From: an uncultured virus (IMG/VR IMGVR_UViG_3300005239_000276)
Taxonomy: Duplodnaviria; Heunggongvirae; Uroviricota; Caudoviricetes
Length of the DNA stretch: 64,000 bases
IMG/VR virus record: IMGVR_UViG_3300005239_000276
Reading direction: 5' to 3' (one strand)
Shown here: positions 28,440 through 39,211 of the stretch, one piece after another
Layout of the letters: each line of letters starts with the position of its first letter
Numbering within the stretch: position 1 is the first letter of the stretch
Program-made: the position numbers and the translations under genes
Notes under the pieces: model-generated
The model's database searches: none
Told to the model about the DNA's origin: nothing
What the model saw: only the letters and a program-made list of their open reading frames with translations

Positions 28440-30725
28440 AGTGAGACAAGGATGTTCTCGATTGATGTGCTGTGAGGGCACAGCCGGTCCAAGTGTATTA
28501 AAAGCACTAGCAATAAGGGTTCCCGTTGTGTCAAACATGTTGGCAGGGAAGTTAGCAAGGCTGGTGCAGTTGTTCCAGGCGTAGAAAAAGTTAGTCCCAC
28601 TTGAAGTATCAATCAACGGAAAGCTAGTAAGGCTGTTGTTGAAGGTCCACGTAAAGTTAAAGATTGTCCCTGATGATGTATCAATTAACGGGAAGCTAGC
28701 AAGGCTGGTGCAGAAGAGCCAAGTGACATTAAAGTTTGTAACCGAACTTGTCACATCAAATGGACACACAAATGAAGTTATGTTGTTTGCACCGTACCAA
28801 GCCCTAGACAAGTCAGTTCCTAAATCAGCTCCACTGCCAATAGCAACAGAAGTAATCTGATCTTCATCCCCACTGTTTTCAAAGAACGGCCTATAAACAT
28901 CATTGCTATAAACCACTAAGTCATAGTTACCAGCAGTATAAGTATGTGGCAACGTGTTAGACGTGCTTGACTCATAACCACCTGTTGAATCCCAGTCAAC
29001 TGCATAATCAACAGTACCGGTAGACCTAAGGTTGAACACTCCACCAGTACTTGTTATGCCATAGGTAATGATCGGAAGGTCAAGAGTACCGCCAGTGATC
29101 TTGATTAGGTCTTGGTCTGACTTACGAGTCGGGAAGTAGGCAAGGCGGGAGATGTGACCCATCCCTCCTAGACTAGGGGCAAGTCGCAGCTCAGTACCAG
29201 CTGGAACGTAAGAGCTAGTGCTAGTACTGGTTGCAGGCTGAGTACCATCTCTATACAGCTTATAATCTCCTGGCTTCATTCCAAATGCTGTTTTACTGGG
29301 AACAGTCTGAGAGTTGCTTAGACCCAAAACCAAAGCTTGATTATTAAGTTGTCTTATAGCATTGGCAACCGTCGTGTAATACACGCCACCGAATTTATAT
29401 GGATTTCCAGCATTGTTGGTGAAGAAAAGTGTCATGTCCGTAAACCATGTACCTTCATTATCGTTATACCAAGAGCTGAAGTTAGTCCCTTCAATACTCG
29501 CAACATCAGCGGCACGGGTTACGGTGCTGCCGGTCGTGGGGATGTAGGAGGTTGGGAAGGAACCGGCTTCTATAGAAACCATACAAACATCAAAAGACTG
29601 CCCTGCAGATATTGATCCAGCACCCCTAAAAAACCTAATAACATTACTGCCTGACCATGTAAATGTTCCGGAGTATCTAACCCACTCGCTTGTCAGTGCT
29701 GGTGTTGTGCCAAGAATCGTGACGTCGGGATTACCTAGCCCTAATTTGACATTAGTGTCATTACTCCTAGCGTATAAAGATACAGTCAAGACGCTAGATC
29801 CGCTTACCAAACCAGAAACGTCGTAGTTAAAAGTCAGGCTCACGTTGTTAAACGACACGCAATTAACTCTGGCAAATCCTTCTCCATTTGGAGCGCCCGT
29901 GGATAAATCCGTGATAGTCCAGTAAGCAGGGTTAATTGCAAAAGGCAATGACTGACTTGAGAGGACTCTGTTAGTCCTACTCTCCTCAATCAACAACCCC
30001 AAGCTTTCACCAGTCACGGGGTCATGGTCAAAGCGTGGAGCACCACTAGCTGTTGTTGTGGTGGGGATGTAGTCTGATAGATTGCCTTCTTCGAGTTGGG
30101 CTCCCCAAAGATATACGTCAACCATGTTAAGGTTTATATTTAAAGGTAAGACACTTGTACTTGCATCTGGATCAGTGTGGGTAAAAGTAAAGATGAAACG
30201 TTTCCATTCAGATGTAGCAACGAAATTAGCATCCGGAAAACGTGCAGTGGGTGAATTTATTTTAGGAAGAAACTCATTGTTAGTGCCTGGTGTTACCGCC
30301 TTTGCCCATATAGAAAATGTGTAGGTTTTTCCGGTATATAAATTGGCACTTTTAGCAATGTACCTAGTTCCTGAACTGGGAAAGTAAACCCTGTCAGCAG
30401 TAAAAGTGCCATCAGGTGCTGCAACAGCGTTTGACGTAATAACCGTTGCTGACCCCTTACTCCACTGATCAAACTGCTCACTATACGGCAACAAATTAAC
30501 CGCACTGGTCTTAATCAACCCATCACTGCCAACATACGTCCCACTACTGGCACGGCTGAAGGTGACTAGGTTGTTGCCACTGATATCATCGATTAAACTA
30601 AGGTTCTCAGTAAAGTTCAAGTCAAGGCTAGCACCCAAGAACAGGTTTTTACTAATAGATGCCCTTATGAATGTTATGAATGGACTAACAAATCCAAAAC
30701 TTAAAAAAGGATTCTTACCTGACAT
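28440..30725 (-). CDS. Head-spike/fibre-like adhesin: two carbohydrate-binding-like modules, PKD-like domain and BspA/DUF285-type LRRs; 3' end in the gap
   Basis: FSRASSGTYVGSDG, PRFDHDPVTGESLGLLIEESRTN, two YIPTT motifs, TRAAD; VDWD...HTYT; 24-aa WxxCTSLxSFPLIDTSSGTNF repeats; higher GC than flanks. Confidence 0.7.
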
Positions 30726-30727
30726 AA

Positions 30728-31003
30728 TCAGGCACCTTCATAGATAATCTTAGAAGTGCCTGTAAGTGCTTTTGCATAAACGTATGCAGCACCAGCATCA
30801 TGTGATAAATCTGTTACAGTCTTCTTCATCTCACCTTCAAATCTATCATAAACAAGTCCAGGTGTTGTTGTTGTTATGCCAGAGGTGGTTGTTATTCCGA
30901 TAACAACAGGAGTGCTACTCTGACACTGAAAAGTTATGGTAGTTACATTATTTCCGATAAGGAAATATGTATTTGGTGTCAACTCTGTTGATGCTAATGC
31001 CAT
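30728..31003 (-). CDS. Small beta-rich protein, candidate spike base
   Basis: 91 aa, Thr-rich, directly upstream of the fibre-like gene. Confidence 0.6.
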   Translation of the reverse strand: MALASTELTPNTYFLIGNNVTTITFQCQSSTPVVIGITTTSGITTTTPGLVYDRFEGEMKKTVTDLSHDAGAAYVYAKALTGTSKIIYEGA

Positions 31004-31173
31004 TACTCTTCCCCTTCGTAATTATCTTGCTGATCATCAAACATGGACGCACCAACTACTGGTCGAGCATTATCAATATGTCCTGCTGCTTTTGCATACA
31101 AAACATCTTTGATTTTGTCACTAATATCAGATGCCGATGAATCGGATCCAATTAAATTTACAATTTCTTCCAT
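31003..31173 (-). CDS. 56-aa acidic protein downstream of the portal gene (gp67-like position)
   Basis: MEEIVNLIGSDSSASDISDKIKDVLYAKAAGHIDNARPVVGASMFD...; perfect TATAAATA upstream. Confidence 0.75.
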   Translation of the reverse strand: MEEIVNLIGSDSSASDISDKIKDVLYAKAAGHIDNARPVVGASMFDDQQDNYEGEE

Positions 31174-31198
31174 GAAAGTTTAATATATCTATATTTTA

Positions 31199-31206
31199 TA
31201 TTTATA
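31199..31206 (-). promoter_or_regulatory. T4 late promoter TATAAATA
   Basis: Exact consensus overlapping the gp20 stop. Confidence 0.75.
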
Positions 31207-32857
31207 TCTCAGCAGATTTGCCGTCTACTTCAGTCATTCCACCATCTACTTCAGGTTCCATCGGAACATCACCCATCATTCCCTGCTCACCTCCTTGTGG
31301 TAATGGTTCTCCAGTTATAGGATCAATAGCACTCGGATCGGGAATAATACCATCTTTGATTTCCTGTTCAATTTGCTCATCCATTTCAACCATCTCTCCA
31401 TCAGTCTGACGAAGAACTTTACTACGAACCCACTTCTGTGAATAATATTTGCCAATATATGGTTCAATAGTTGCGAGAACACCAAGTCTCTCATTCAACA
31501 TTTCTGTTTCTTTTAGTTCTGCAAACTGATTATCATACAAGAAATCATATTGAATATGATCACCAATTCTATCCCAGTCTTCTACAGAAACAATGTTCTT
31601 AAGAATGAGTTGAGTCTTCAACATATCATTGAACATCTGAGCAAATCTCTTTCTCAGACGACCAACAAACTTAGCAAACTTAAGTTCATCTCTTAAAATT
31701 TCAGAAGAACGACCAAGATTAAATCCACCATCGGCAGCAATTCTTGATTCTGGAACTCCAAGTGCTCTATAAAGTTTCTTTTGGAAATACTCAATATCAG
31801 CAAGTTCTCCTAAGTTTTGACCACCTGGAAGAGTTGTGATTTCAGTTCCTCTACCACCTTCTCTACGAGGAAGCCAGAAGTCTTCCATCATACTCATAAA
31901 TTTACGATCATCACGAATTTCTCCAGTGTTCGCATCATAAACTTGTTTGTTACGATAACGATTCATAACATCACGAAGATATTGTTCTGCCTTTACTTTA
32001 GGAAGATTGCCAACATCAATATAAAAAATACGACGTTCTGGTGCTCTTGATAATCTATAGATTACCAAAGAATCCTCAATCATTCTGAGTTGATTGAGTG
32101 CCTTGATTGCCTTATGAAGATAAGAGAGAACAGAACCTTTATTTCTATCTACAAGACCTGAAGTACAATATGTAATTGCATCTTTTGCAATTTTAGTTCC
32201 TTTATTTCCACCACCACCAGTTAAGTTCCCTGTTGGATAGTTTGGTTTTGGTGTATATACAAAGTACTCTTCAATCTCTGGTGCAATACCGTTTTTTGAT
32301 TCATCACGACCAGGAACATTTGGTCCAATAAGATTATTATCTTTTTTCTTTTCTTGGCGGACAAACCGCATCTTCATTGGATCAATATACCTCAGTTCTT
32401 TAATTCCTTCCTGAGGTCTCTTGAGATCGATTACCTTGTGATAATAAAGTCTTCCATCAACATACCAATTTCTAAAAATTTCGTGAGACTTCTTATCAAA
32501 ATCTAAAATTTCTTTAATATATTTAAACTCTTGTCTAATTGCTTTCTTTAAATTATCTGTAGCATTTAAATTAGATAATTCAATTTCAATTGGAGAATCA
32601 TAAAGATCACTCACAATTGCTTCATTTACAACATCTTCGATAGCACCATCCGCTTCTGGATGGAGTGACATCTCTCTGTATCTTTTTATTAGATCAAATT
32701 CTGTTCTATATTGACCTTCAATATCTACATATGAACCGTAAAATCCACTTGAAATATAGTTATCAACCCCATCCTCGTTATTCACAGGGACAGGGGAAAC
32801 TACAGACTTGGATTTCTTTTCTGCATCATCAATAGAAAAACCAAAAAGTTTTGCCAT
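31202..32857 (-). CDS. gp20: Portal vertex protein
   Basis: MAKLFGFSI, WYVDGR, RAPERRIFYIDVGNLPK, EDFWLPRREGGRGTEITTL; CTAAATA at 32888-32894. Confidence 0.98.
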   Translation of the reverse strand: MAKLFGFSIDDAEKKSKSVVSPVPVNNEDGVDNYISSGFYGSYVDIEGQYRTEFDLIKRYREMSLHPEADGAIEDVVNEAIVSDLYDSPIEIELSNLNATDNLKKAIRQEFKYIKEILDFDKKSHEIFRNWYVDGRLYYHKVIDLKRPQEGIKELRYIDPMKMRFVRQEKKKDNNLIGPNVPGRDESKNGIAPEIEEYFVYTPKPNYPTGNLTGGGGNKGTKIAKDAITYCTSGLVDRNKGSVLSYLHKAIKALNQLRMIEDSLVIYRLSRAPERRIFYIDVGNLPKVKAEQYLRDVMNRYRNKQVYDANTGEIRDDRKFMSMMEDFWLPRREGGRGTEITTLPGGQNLGELADIEYFQKKLYRALGVPESRIAADGGFNLGRSSEILRDELKFAKFVGRLRKRFAQMFNDMLKTQLILKNIVSVEDWDRIGDHIQYDFLYDNQFAELKETEMLNERLGVLATIEPYIGKYYSQKWVRSKVLRQTDGEMVEMDEQIEQEIKDGIIPDPSAIDPITGEPLPQGGEQGMMGDVPMEPEVDGGMTEVDGKSAEI

Positions 32858-32890
32858 ATTATAAACTAACTTAGACTACTATCTAACTAT

Positions 32891-33484
32891 TTAGGTGATA
32901 TCTTCACCACCTGCTTGAGATGATGTTCCTTTATATGCTTCCCACCACTGAACCTGCATTTCTACAGTAAATTCTTCAATAGTGTCAGTTGTTTCATAAC
33001 TTAAATCAATAGTGCTAATATTTGTTGGCCACAAATCATAGAACTTATATGTTCTCAAGATGCCACCATCACGATCTAGTTGATAAACAAATGCATCTGC
33101 CTGATAAGAATCAGGATCAGTTAAACCACTACCATCATTCATTCTATTGATCGTATTCATCCACTTTTCAAAAGATGAACGAATTGCAAAATCAACATCA
33201 TTAATTACTGTGATTGTCCAAGTTTCAAATGTTCTATCACCAGCAACTTTTAAAATACGTCCTCTAAATGGAACGTCAACTGGTGCTATTGTTGAAGAAG
33301 GAAGTGCTGCTGCTTTTACAAGAAATCTTGCTCTTTGCAAAATATCATTATCAACTTGAACAGCTGATGGAAATGATAATTCTACTTCAAATAGATTGGG
33401 TCTTGCTCCCCCACCACCCATCTTACTTTTAAAGTCGGTGATTTTTCTTAAAGGGATACTATTGCGTTGTGTCCTAGTTGCCAT
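32891..33484 (-). CDS. gp19: Tail tube protein
   Basis: GGGARPNLFEV, PFRGRILKVAGDRTFETW, IEEFTVE. Confidence 0.96.
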   Translation of the reverse strand: MATRTQRNSIPLRKITDFKSKMGGGGARPNLFEVELSFPSAVQVDNDILQRARFLVKAAALPSSTIAPVDVPFRGRILKVAGDRTFETWTITVINDVDFAIRSSFEKWMNTINRMNDGSGLTDPDSYQADAFVYQLDRDGGILRTYKFYDLWPTNISTIDLSYETTDTIEEFTVEMQVQWWEAYKGTSSQAGGEDIT

Positions 33485-33501
33485 TTTTTTTAACCTCTAA
33501 A

Positions 33502-35667
33502 TTAAACGTTGCCGATTACTTCTTCAAACGAGACGCCAGTTCTAGTGGCAACAAACGTAAGACCGATGAAGTTAATTGATCTTGCAGGTTTGATAAAGAT
33601 GTCTGCTACAAATTCATTATTATCTATAATTGCAGCAGTGTTGTTTGTTTCATCGCAAACAACTACATAATCAAAAATACCTCTCTTTGCCTGAACATCA
33701 CGAAGGAATGGTTCTACAACGTTTACAAAATTAGTTCTTGTAATTTCATCGTTGAATTCAAAAAGTTGATCCTTTGCTGCTGCTTCAATTGCATCTTCGA
33801 GGAAAATGAACAGTCTACGAACATTGATACGATCAAAAGCAGAAGACTTACCAAATCCAGTTTTATCTCCAAAGAGAATAATACCAGCACCAGGTGAGAA
33901 TATTACTGGATTAACTCTATTAGAATAAAGTTTATCTCTTTGAATTTTACCTGGATTATATGCAAGTTTGACTGCATTTAAAATCGCACCTCTAGAAGTT
34001 CCTGCGGGAGAGAACCAAGGGAAGTTATTGATATCATTTCTAGCACAAAGACCAGCAATATCTCCATTTAGTGGAACATATCTAAAGGTATTTGCAAACC
34101 TATCAAATATATATTTGTAACCACTATCAAAAACTGCATACGATGATGAAGTGACTGGGGAATAGAAACTAATTACGTTATCGGTAATAGTATCATCTGA
34201 ATTAATAGTTGCTGCTCTATCATCATTAGTATCGGTAAGAGCAGCACCTCTATAAGGAGAGATGAATGCTACTGAATCTTTTCTTGCTTCGGCAACTGCA
34301 ATACACTTATTTGCAAGTGCTTGAGCACTTGCTTTATCATATCCTGCAGATCCCATAAGAATGAAATTTACATCAAAATTGTCAGTATTTTCAAATAATC
34401 CATAACCAGATACTATATCATCTAAACCAGCAAATAATGCTCCGGGTGTTGAAATATCTGTTTTTCCACCATAATTCCAACCACCACTTAATTTATTATT
34501 TAAATTTCCAATTGCTGCAAAAGTTATTCCTTCAGCATCTTGATCCCAACCTACATCACTCTCTTGATCAAATCCAGTTCCACCACTTGCAAATCCGGTT
34601 GTTACTACACCTACTGGTTGTGATCCCGCAAAAAGGTTTGGTGAACCATTTGCAATGAATTTCCTCCAGTATGAAGGAGAACCAAGAGAGAATTCAGCAT
34701 CTTTTGCTTTTGATAATCCAAGGTGCTTTTCAATTATCGTTCCTGAATTTGATGTTATTGCACCATCTCCATCAATAGCAACAACATGAACTTCATCAAA
34801 TCTAGATCCTCTTGCTGCCGCATATTGGGAAGTTCCTGGACGATCAGCAATTACGTTCCACTTAATACTTGAGTTTGCTGTTGTTTGTAATGTCTGTTGA
34901 TCGAACCAATCTTTTTGTGAGGTTACTGAAGTTGATGCATAAGATACTGCTTGACCATTAGTGTGTATTGCAACACTTCCAGTTCCGGAGAATGCATAAA
35001 CACCGGATGGTTGGTAATCAACTTCAGTTACAGTTCCTGCTGCAGAAACGTGCTCAAGAACTTTTACATAAGCATCCGAACCGGCAACCTGAGTTACAAT
35101 ACCTTTTAAATATCCATCAAGAACTGAAGTAGTTCCTGCTCCAGGAAGAACAGTAGAAATTGCTTGTGTTACACCATATCCAACCTCAATTTCATTAAGG
35201 GATGATAGAGTGAGAATTTGATCTGCCTTAGAATCGATAATACCAATTCTTAATCCATTTGCCCATGTTCCAGGATTTCTGGCAGCAACAACTACACCAG
35301 AAATTGGGTTTTCATCATATCCCAATTCTTCATAATGATCTAGACTCTTGATTTTAATACTGTTAGCAGTACCAACAAATCCATTTTGTAGACCAGCATC
35401 ATCTGCTCTTACGACTCTTAATGATCCTCCATATGCCAAATAAGAAGAAGCAACTAACCAATGCTCATAGTGCTTATCTATTCCATAAGATTTTCCGAAG
35501 ATATCTAGTAAGTCTCTTTCATTTTCAATTAGTGTAGGGACATCTACAGGACCTTGTGCAAAAGGTGAAACAATTGCACCAACACTATCAGAGGTTGGAT
35601 CTACTCTACCAATTGTTAGATCTACTTCCCTTACTACAATACCAGGAGATGCTAAATTTAGTGGCAT
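33502..35667 (-). CDS. gp18: Tail sheath protein
   Basis: LASPGIVVREVDLT, PWFSPAG, FDRINVRRLF, IKPARSINFI; CTAAATA at 35702-35708. Confidence 0.97.
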   Translation of the reverse strand: MPLNLASPGIVVREVDLTIGRVDPTSDSVGAIVSPFAQGPVDVPTLIENERDLLDIFGKSYGIDKHYEHWLVASSYLAYGGSLRVVRADDAGLQNGFVGTANSIKIKSLDHYEELGYDENPISGVVVAARNPGTWANGLRIGIIDSKADQILTLSSLNEIEVGYGVTQAISTVLPGAGTTSVLDGYLKGIVTQVAGSDAYVKVLEHVSAAGTVTEVDYQPSGVYAFSGTGSVAIHTNGQAVSYASTSVTSQKDWFDQQTLQTTANSSIKWNVIADRPGTSQYAAARGSRFDEVHVVAIDGDGAITSNSGTIIEKHLGLSKAKDAEFSLGSPSYWRKFIANGSPNLFAGSQPVGVVTTGFASGGTGFDQESDVGWDQDAEGITFAAIGNLNNKLSGGWNYGGKTDISTPGALFAGLDDIVSGYGLFENTDNFDVNFILMGSAGYDKASAQALANKCIAVAEARKDSVAFISPYRGAALTDTNDDRAATINSDDTITDNVISFYSPVTSSSYAVFDSGYKYIFDRFANTFRYVPLNGDIAGLCARNDINNFPWFSPAGTSRGAILNAVKLAYNPGKIQRDKLYSNRVNPVIFSPGAGIILFGDKTGFGKSSAFDRINVRRLFIFLEDAIEAAAKDQLFEFNDEITRTNFVNVVEPFLRDVQAKRGIFDYVVVCDETNNTAAIIDNNEFVADIFIKPARSINFIGLTFVATRTGVSFEEVIGNV

Positions 35668-35748
35668 CTTTTTTTTCCTCGCGGCCAAATTTATCTAAAA
35701 ATATTTAGTAAAAAGACTATTTTAAGTGGGGAAACGATACATGAATGC

Positions 35749-35970
35749 TTACCAATCAGGATATTCCCATCTTAAATTACTCTTTCTACCTCTACTTACT
35801 CTCTTAACCGTACATTCTTTACATTCATATGAATATGCTGATGCTAATGTTTTTCTATCTTTTCGAGTCAAATAAAAATCATCCATTAAACTTTTAACTT
35901 TACCACAAACTCTACATTTACGATCAAAAAATAATAAATGTTCTAGTTCTATTTCATCATCAAAAGACAC
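35749..35970 (-). CDS. Small CxxC-CxxC zinc-finger protein
   Basis: RKCRVCG...YSYECKEC. Confidence 0.7.
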   Translation of the reverse strand: MSFDDEIELEHLLFFDRKCRVCGKVKSLMDDFYLTRKDRKTLASAYSYECKECTVKRVSRGRKSNLRWEYPDW

Positions 35971-37616
35971 TACTTATAATCCCACATATAAGACATATCA
36001 CCATATTCATCTGCATACCATCTATCTCCAGAATCATCTACAAAACTTGCTTCACTATTAATTCCATCCTCAATAAATCCAAATGGTGCCATGTCTTGAT
36101 CAATTTGATTTTTCTGTTCTTCATATATTCTCTTTCTTACATCATTCTCTGTCATCTCCTTGAAATACTCTTGTGCAACTAACCAAGAGAATATTACAAG
36201 ACACATTGCTAAATCATCATTACATCCTTCCTCTGCTTCAAAAGAGTTTCCTTTCTGAGAAAATGTTGTAAGTTCTGATATGATTTCATAATCGGATGCA
36301 AGTAATTTATCATCTTCTACAAGAGTTTTAAGATTGGAACATCCCAATTTTTTGACTGCTGAAGTTGTGCGAACTCCAAGTTGAGATTTCTTACCACTAA
36401 ATCCTGATCCAACAACCTGACCGTTTCTACCTCTCATGGCACACATAAGAATATTTTCATATTCTAAATCATATTGCATAATACTAGCAACCTGATCGCC
36501 AATATCATTAACCTCTATCAATAACCAAGAATAATTATACCCTTTTGCTACATCAAATATGATATTTGGAAATAGCATCGGTTTGATTTCATTATTCCTA
36601 TACTTTGCAACTACTTTATAAGGAAACTCTGTAATATCAAAAACGATAAATGCAGAGTAATCATTACCAAGACCACGAGCAACATCAACAGTAATTAGAT
36701 AATTATGTTCCTTAATTGGATTTTCATAGACATCTAATCCAGCATTTCTCTGTATAGGATCATCATATATTAAAGTTTTGAGTTTTGATGGGTTGATAAG
36801 AGTATTGACAGAACCTAAGAACTCGCACTCAAACTCTACACGGAACTGTTCTTCTGATGTGTTTGAAATTGTCTGTTCTTTCCAGACAACATCCCTACCA
36901 GGAACTTCTGACCAGTGGACTTCTGTGGGAATATATTCGTTTTTATTTCTTTCGGAATCATGCCACATACGGTAGAAGTGATTCATACCGTGTGGTGTGG
37001 ATACAATAATTACCTTTGTATTTTTACCAGAAGTAATAGTAGGATAAACAGATGCAAAGAAGGAGTCAGCGACGTGATTAGGGACGAATGCGAATTCGTC
37101 GAGAAAGAGGATATTGAATGACATGCCTCGGACAGCACTTGCAGATGTAGAAGCTGCCAATATCTTACTGCCATTTTCTAATTCGATGTTTCCTTTGTTC
37201 CATACCAAGATACCTTGTTGCATCCATTTTGGCAAATTTTCGAATGCAGTTGCTAATCTCCCTAACAGTTCTCTAGCAGTAGATGCCTTGTTTGCCAGAA
37301 TACCAATGTTTACACTATCATTAAAAAGTGCATAATGTAATAGATATGATACTACAGTAGTACTTTTTCCTGTTTGACGAGGCATCTTACAGATATTAAA
37401 TCTGTTATTGTGAAAATTATGAATTAATTTCTCTTGAAAATGATATGGATGAAACTGTGTTAAACCTTCATCAAGAGAAACAATTTTAATATAGTTATTT
37501 GCAAAATAAATTGGATCTTGTTTACATTTTAGATACTCAATAATTTGATCTTCTGTAAACTCAATCGCAGTATTTGCTTTTTTTAATAATGGATTGCCAA
37601 GATATACGTCACTCAT
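35970..37616 (-). CDS. gp17: Terminase large subunit
   Basis: PRQTGKST, FLDEFAF, IIVSTPHG, DVARG, NDDLAM. Confidence 0.98.
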   Translation of the reverse strand: MSDVYLGNPLLKKANTAIEFTEDQIIEYLKCKQDPIYFANNYIKIVSLDEGLTQFHPYHFQEKLIHNFHNNRFNICKMPRQTGKSTTVVSYLLHYALFNDSVNIGILANKASTARELLGRLATAFENLPKWMQQGILVWNKGNIELENGSKILAASTSASAVRGMSFNILFLDEFAFVPNHVADSFFASVYPTITSGKNTKVIIVSTPHGMNHFYRMWHDSERNKNEYIPTEVHWSEVPGRDVVWKEQTISNTSEEQFRVEFECEFLGSVNTLINPSKLKTLIYDDPIQRNAGLDVYENPIKEHNYLITVDVARGLGNDYSAFIVFDITEFPYKVVAKYRNNEIKPMLFPNIIFDVAKGYNYSWLLIEVNDIGDQVASIMQYDLEYENILMCAMRGRNGQVVGSGFSGKKSQLGVRTTSAVKKLGCSNLKTLVEDDKLLASDYEIISELTTFSQKGNSFEAEEGCNDDLAMCLVIFSWLVAQEYFKEMTENDVRKRIYEEQKNQIDQDMAPFGFIEDGINSEASFVDDSGDRWYADEYGDMSYMWDYK

Positions 37617-37624
37617 AAAAATAA

Positions 37625-38902
37625 TTACCTTTGTTCAATCCAGTTCAATATGCCAAGTGCTTTTTTATTAGTATTAGGTGATGCACAAGCAAGAGTGTAG
37701 ATATCACTTATAGTACCAATACCACTTCTACCAATTTGTAGTTGTGCTTTTTCATCAATCTTAGTTAGAGCCGATCCACCAGAAATTGTAAATCCACTCA
37801 AGATAATATTTCCATCAGTCATGGCAGTAGCACTTGTGTCATACTGCATAAAGGAGTTTGGATCTGGATCATCTGTCCAACTTGCGCCAGTTAGAGTTGG
37901 GTTCTCAATTAATCTCCAATAGATATTAGTATTATCATTCGTTGCTGCTTGTAGAGATCTAATCAGAGCAACAGCAGCTAACTGACTATCTTTCAATCTT
38001 AAACTTACAATTGGATAAAAAGTATTTGCTGATGACATCGTAGTACCAGTAATTGGATTAGAAATACTTTCAAGAATACCAAGTTTCTCTGGTTCACCTT
38101 CTTGGATCAAAGAGTTAGATCCCTGATAGAGATAATGAGTTCCAGCAACACCAGTTACATTTTCTATCTGAAGACGAATGGGTAAGAATGGAGTAGAACA
38201 CCAAACAGTATCGAAAGTATTTGAGTTCTCAAATGTATGAGACGCAATAGTCTCGTTCTTCATTAACCATGCAAACTCTACAAGACCAGAACCATACCAC
38301 TCATAGTTGATGGAAATCAACTGCTGTTTTGTTGGATCAGCAGTTACACCAGTATATCCATTACCATCAAACTTCTCACCGTTCCAATCGTCTCTGTATA
38401 CTCTTCTTTCACTAACAATACCTGTCGTATTACTACGAATTACATAAGAATAAGTTCCACCATCATCCTCAAAATAAGCTCCATTATTCTCGTCAAACAA
38501 TCCAAACCTTCTACGAATACCAACTTGCGGAGTATCAAGACGAATTGAAAATGTAAGAGTAGTTGATCTACCAGGAATGTATCTCATTACATTCTTGGTC
38601 TGACGAACTACACTACTACCAGCAGCAGAACCAACCTCCATTACTACATTACTGGATGATGCATTAAAGGTAGCAGTTGCACCGACTCCGACTAATCTTT
38701 CATCCCATACATCAGTTTCTTTGCCGTACTGAAAGGTATTGAAGAAGACTGTTTGATATGGAGAAACCTTTAATCTATTATTATTAGAAAATTGAGGTCT
38801 CCAGTCTGTCTGGTTTCCCCAATGATCTGCAATATTATATACCTCAAATAGACTTCTCTCTTGATTGAGAAAGTCTTGTGTATTCTTATTCCACTGTGCC
38901 AT
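37625..38902 (-). CDS. Hypothetical, probably virion-associated beta-sandwich protein
   Basis: 425 aa, VRQTKNVMRYIPG, RFGLFDENNG, YEWYGSG; located between the terminase genes. Confidence 0.7.
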   Translation of the reverse strand: MAQWNKNTQDFLNQERSLFEVYNIADHWGNQTDWRPQFSNNNRLKVSPYQTVFFNTFQYGKETDVWDERLVGVGATATFNASSSNVVMEVGSAAGSSVVRQTKNVMRYIPGRSTTLTFSIRLDTPQVGIRRRFGLFDENNGAYFEDDGGTYSYVIRSNTTGIVSERRVYRDDWNGEKFDGNGYTGVTADPTKQQLISINYEWYGSGLVEFAWLMKNETIASHTFENSNTFDTVWCSTPFLPIRLQIENVTGVAGTHYLYQGSNSLIQEGEPEKLGILESISNPITGTTMSSANTFYPIVSLRLKDSQLAAVALIRSLQAATNDNTNIYWRLIENPTLTGASWTDDPDPNSFMQYDTSATAMTDGNIILSGFTISGGSALTKIDEKAQLQIGRSGIGTISDIYTLACASPNTNKKALGILNWIEQR

Positions 38903-39210
38903 TAGTCACTCCACGATAATCTTTCAGGTTGATACCTTTGAGAATTTTTAATTCTTGAAGTATTTACCTCACCAGGATAAACATTATGAACCATTGCTCC
39001 AGGATATTCTCCTTGAATTTGTTCAGCAAGTTCATTTTTAGAAAGCATTTTACCTTCTACTTCTAAACGATACATCTTACCTTCCCAGACTACATCTGCA
39101 AAATAAGACTCTGATGCTTGTTCTGATTCGGAACCTCCTACATTTAGAGTTCCATTAAAATCACCATTAATGGTGATACTTTCTGAAAGAAATTGTTTAA
39201 AGTTTTTCAT
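38902..39210 (-). CDS. Candidate internal head protein with a T4-type capsid-targeting leader
   Basis: N-terminus MKNFKQFLSES. Confidence 0.65.
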   Translation of the reverse strand: MKNFKQFLSESITINGDFNGTLNVGGSESEQASESYFADVVWEGKMYRLEVEGKMLSKNELAEQIQGEYPGAMVHNVYPGEVNTSRIKNSQRYQPERLSWSD

Positions 39211-39211
39211 A

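Noticed and set aside
27334..28612. ORFs spanning the 891-N gap, including an apparent fibre-gp22 fusion and apparent loss of gp21
   Set aside because: Artefacts of translating Ns. The gap is probably longer than stated, so absence of gp21 cannot be claimed.
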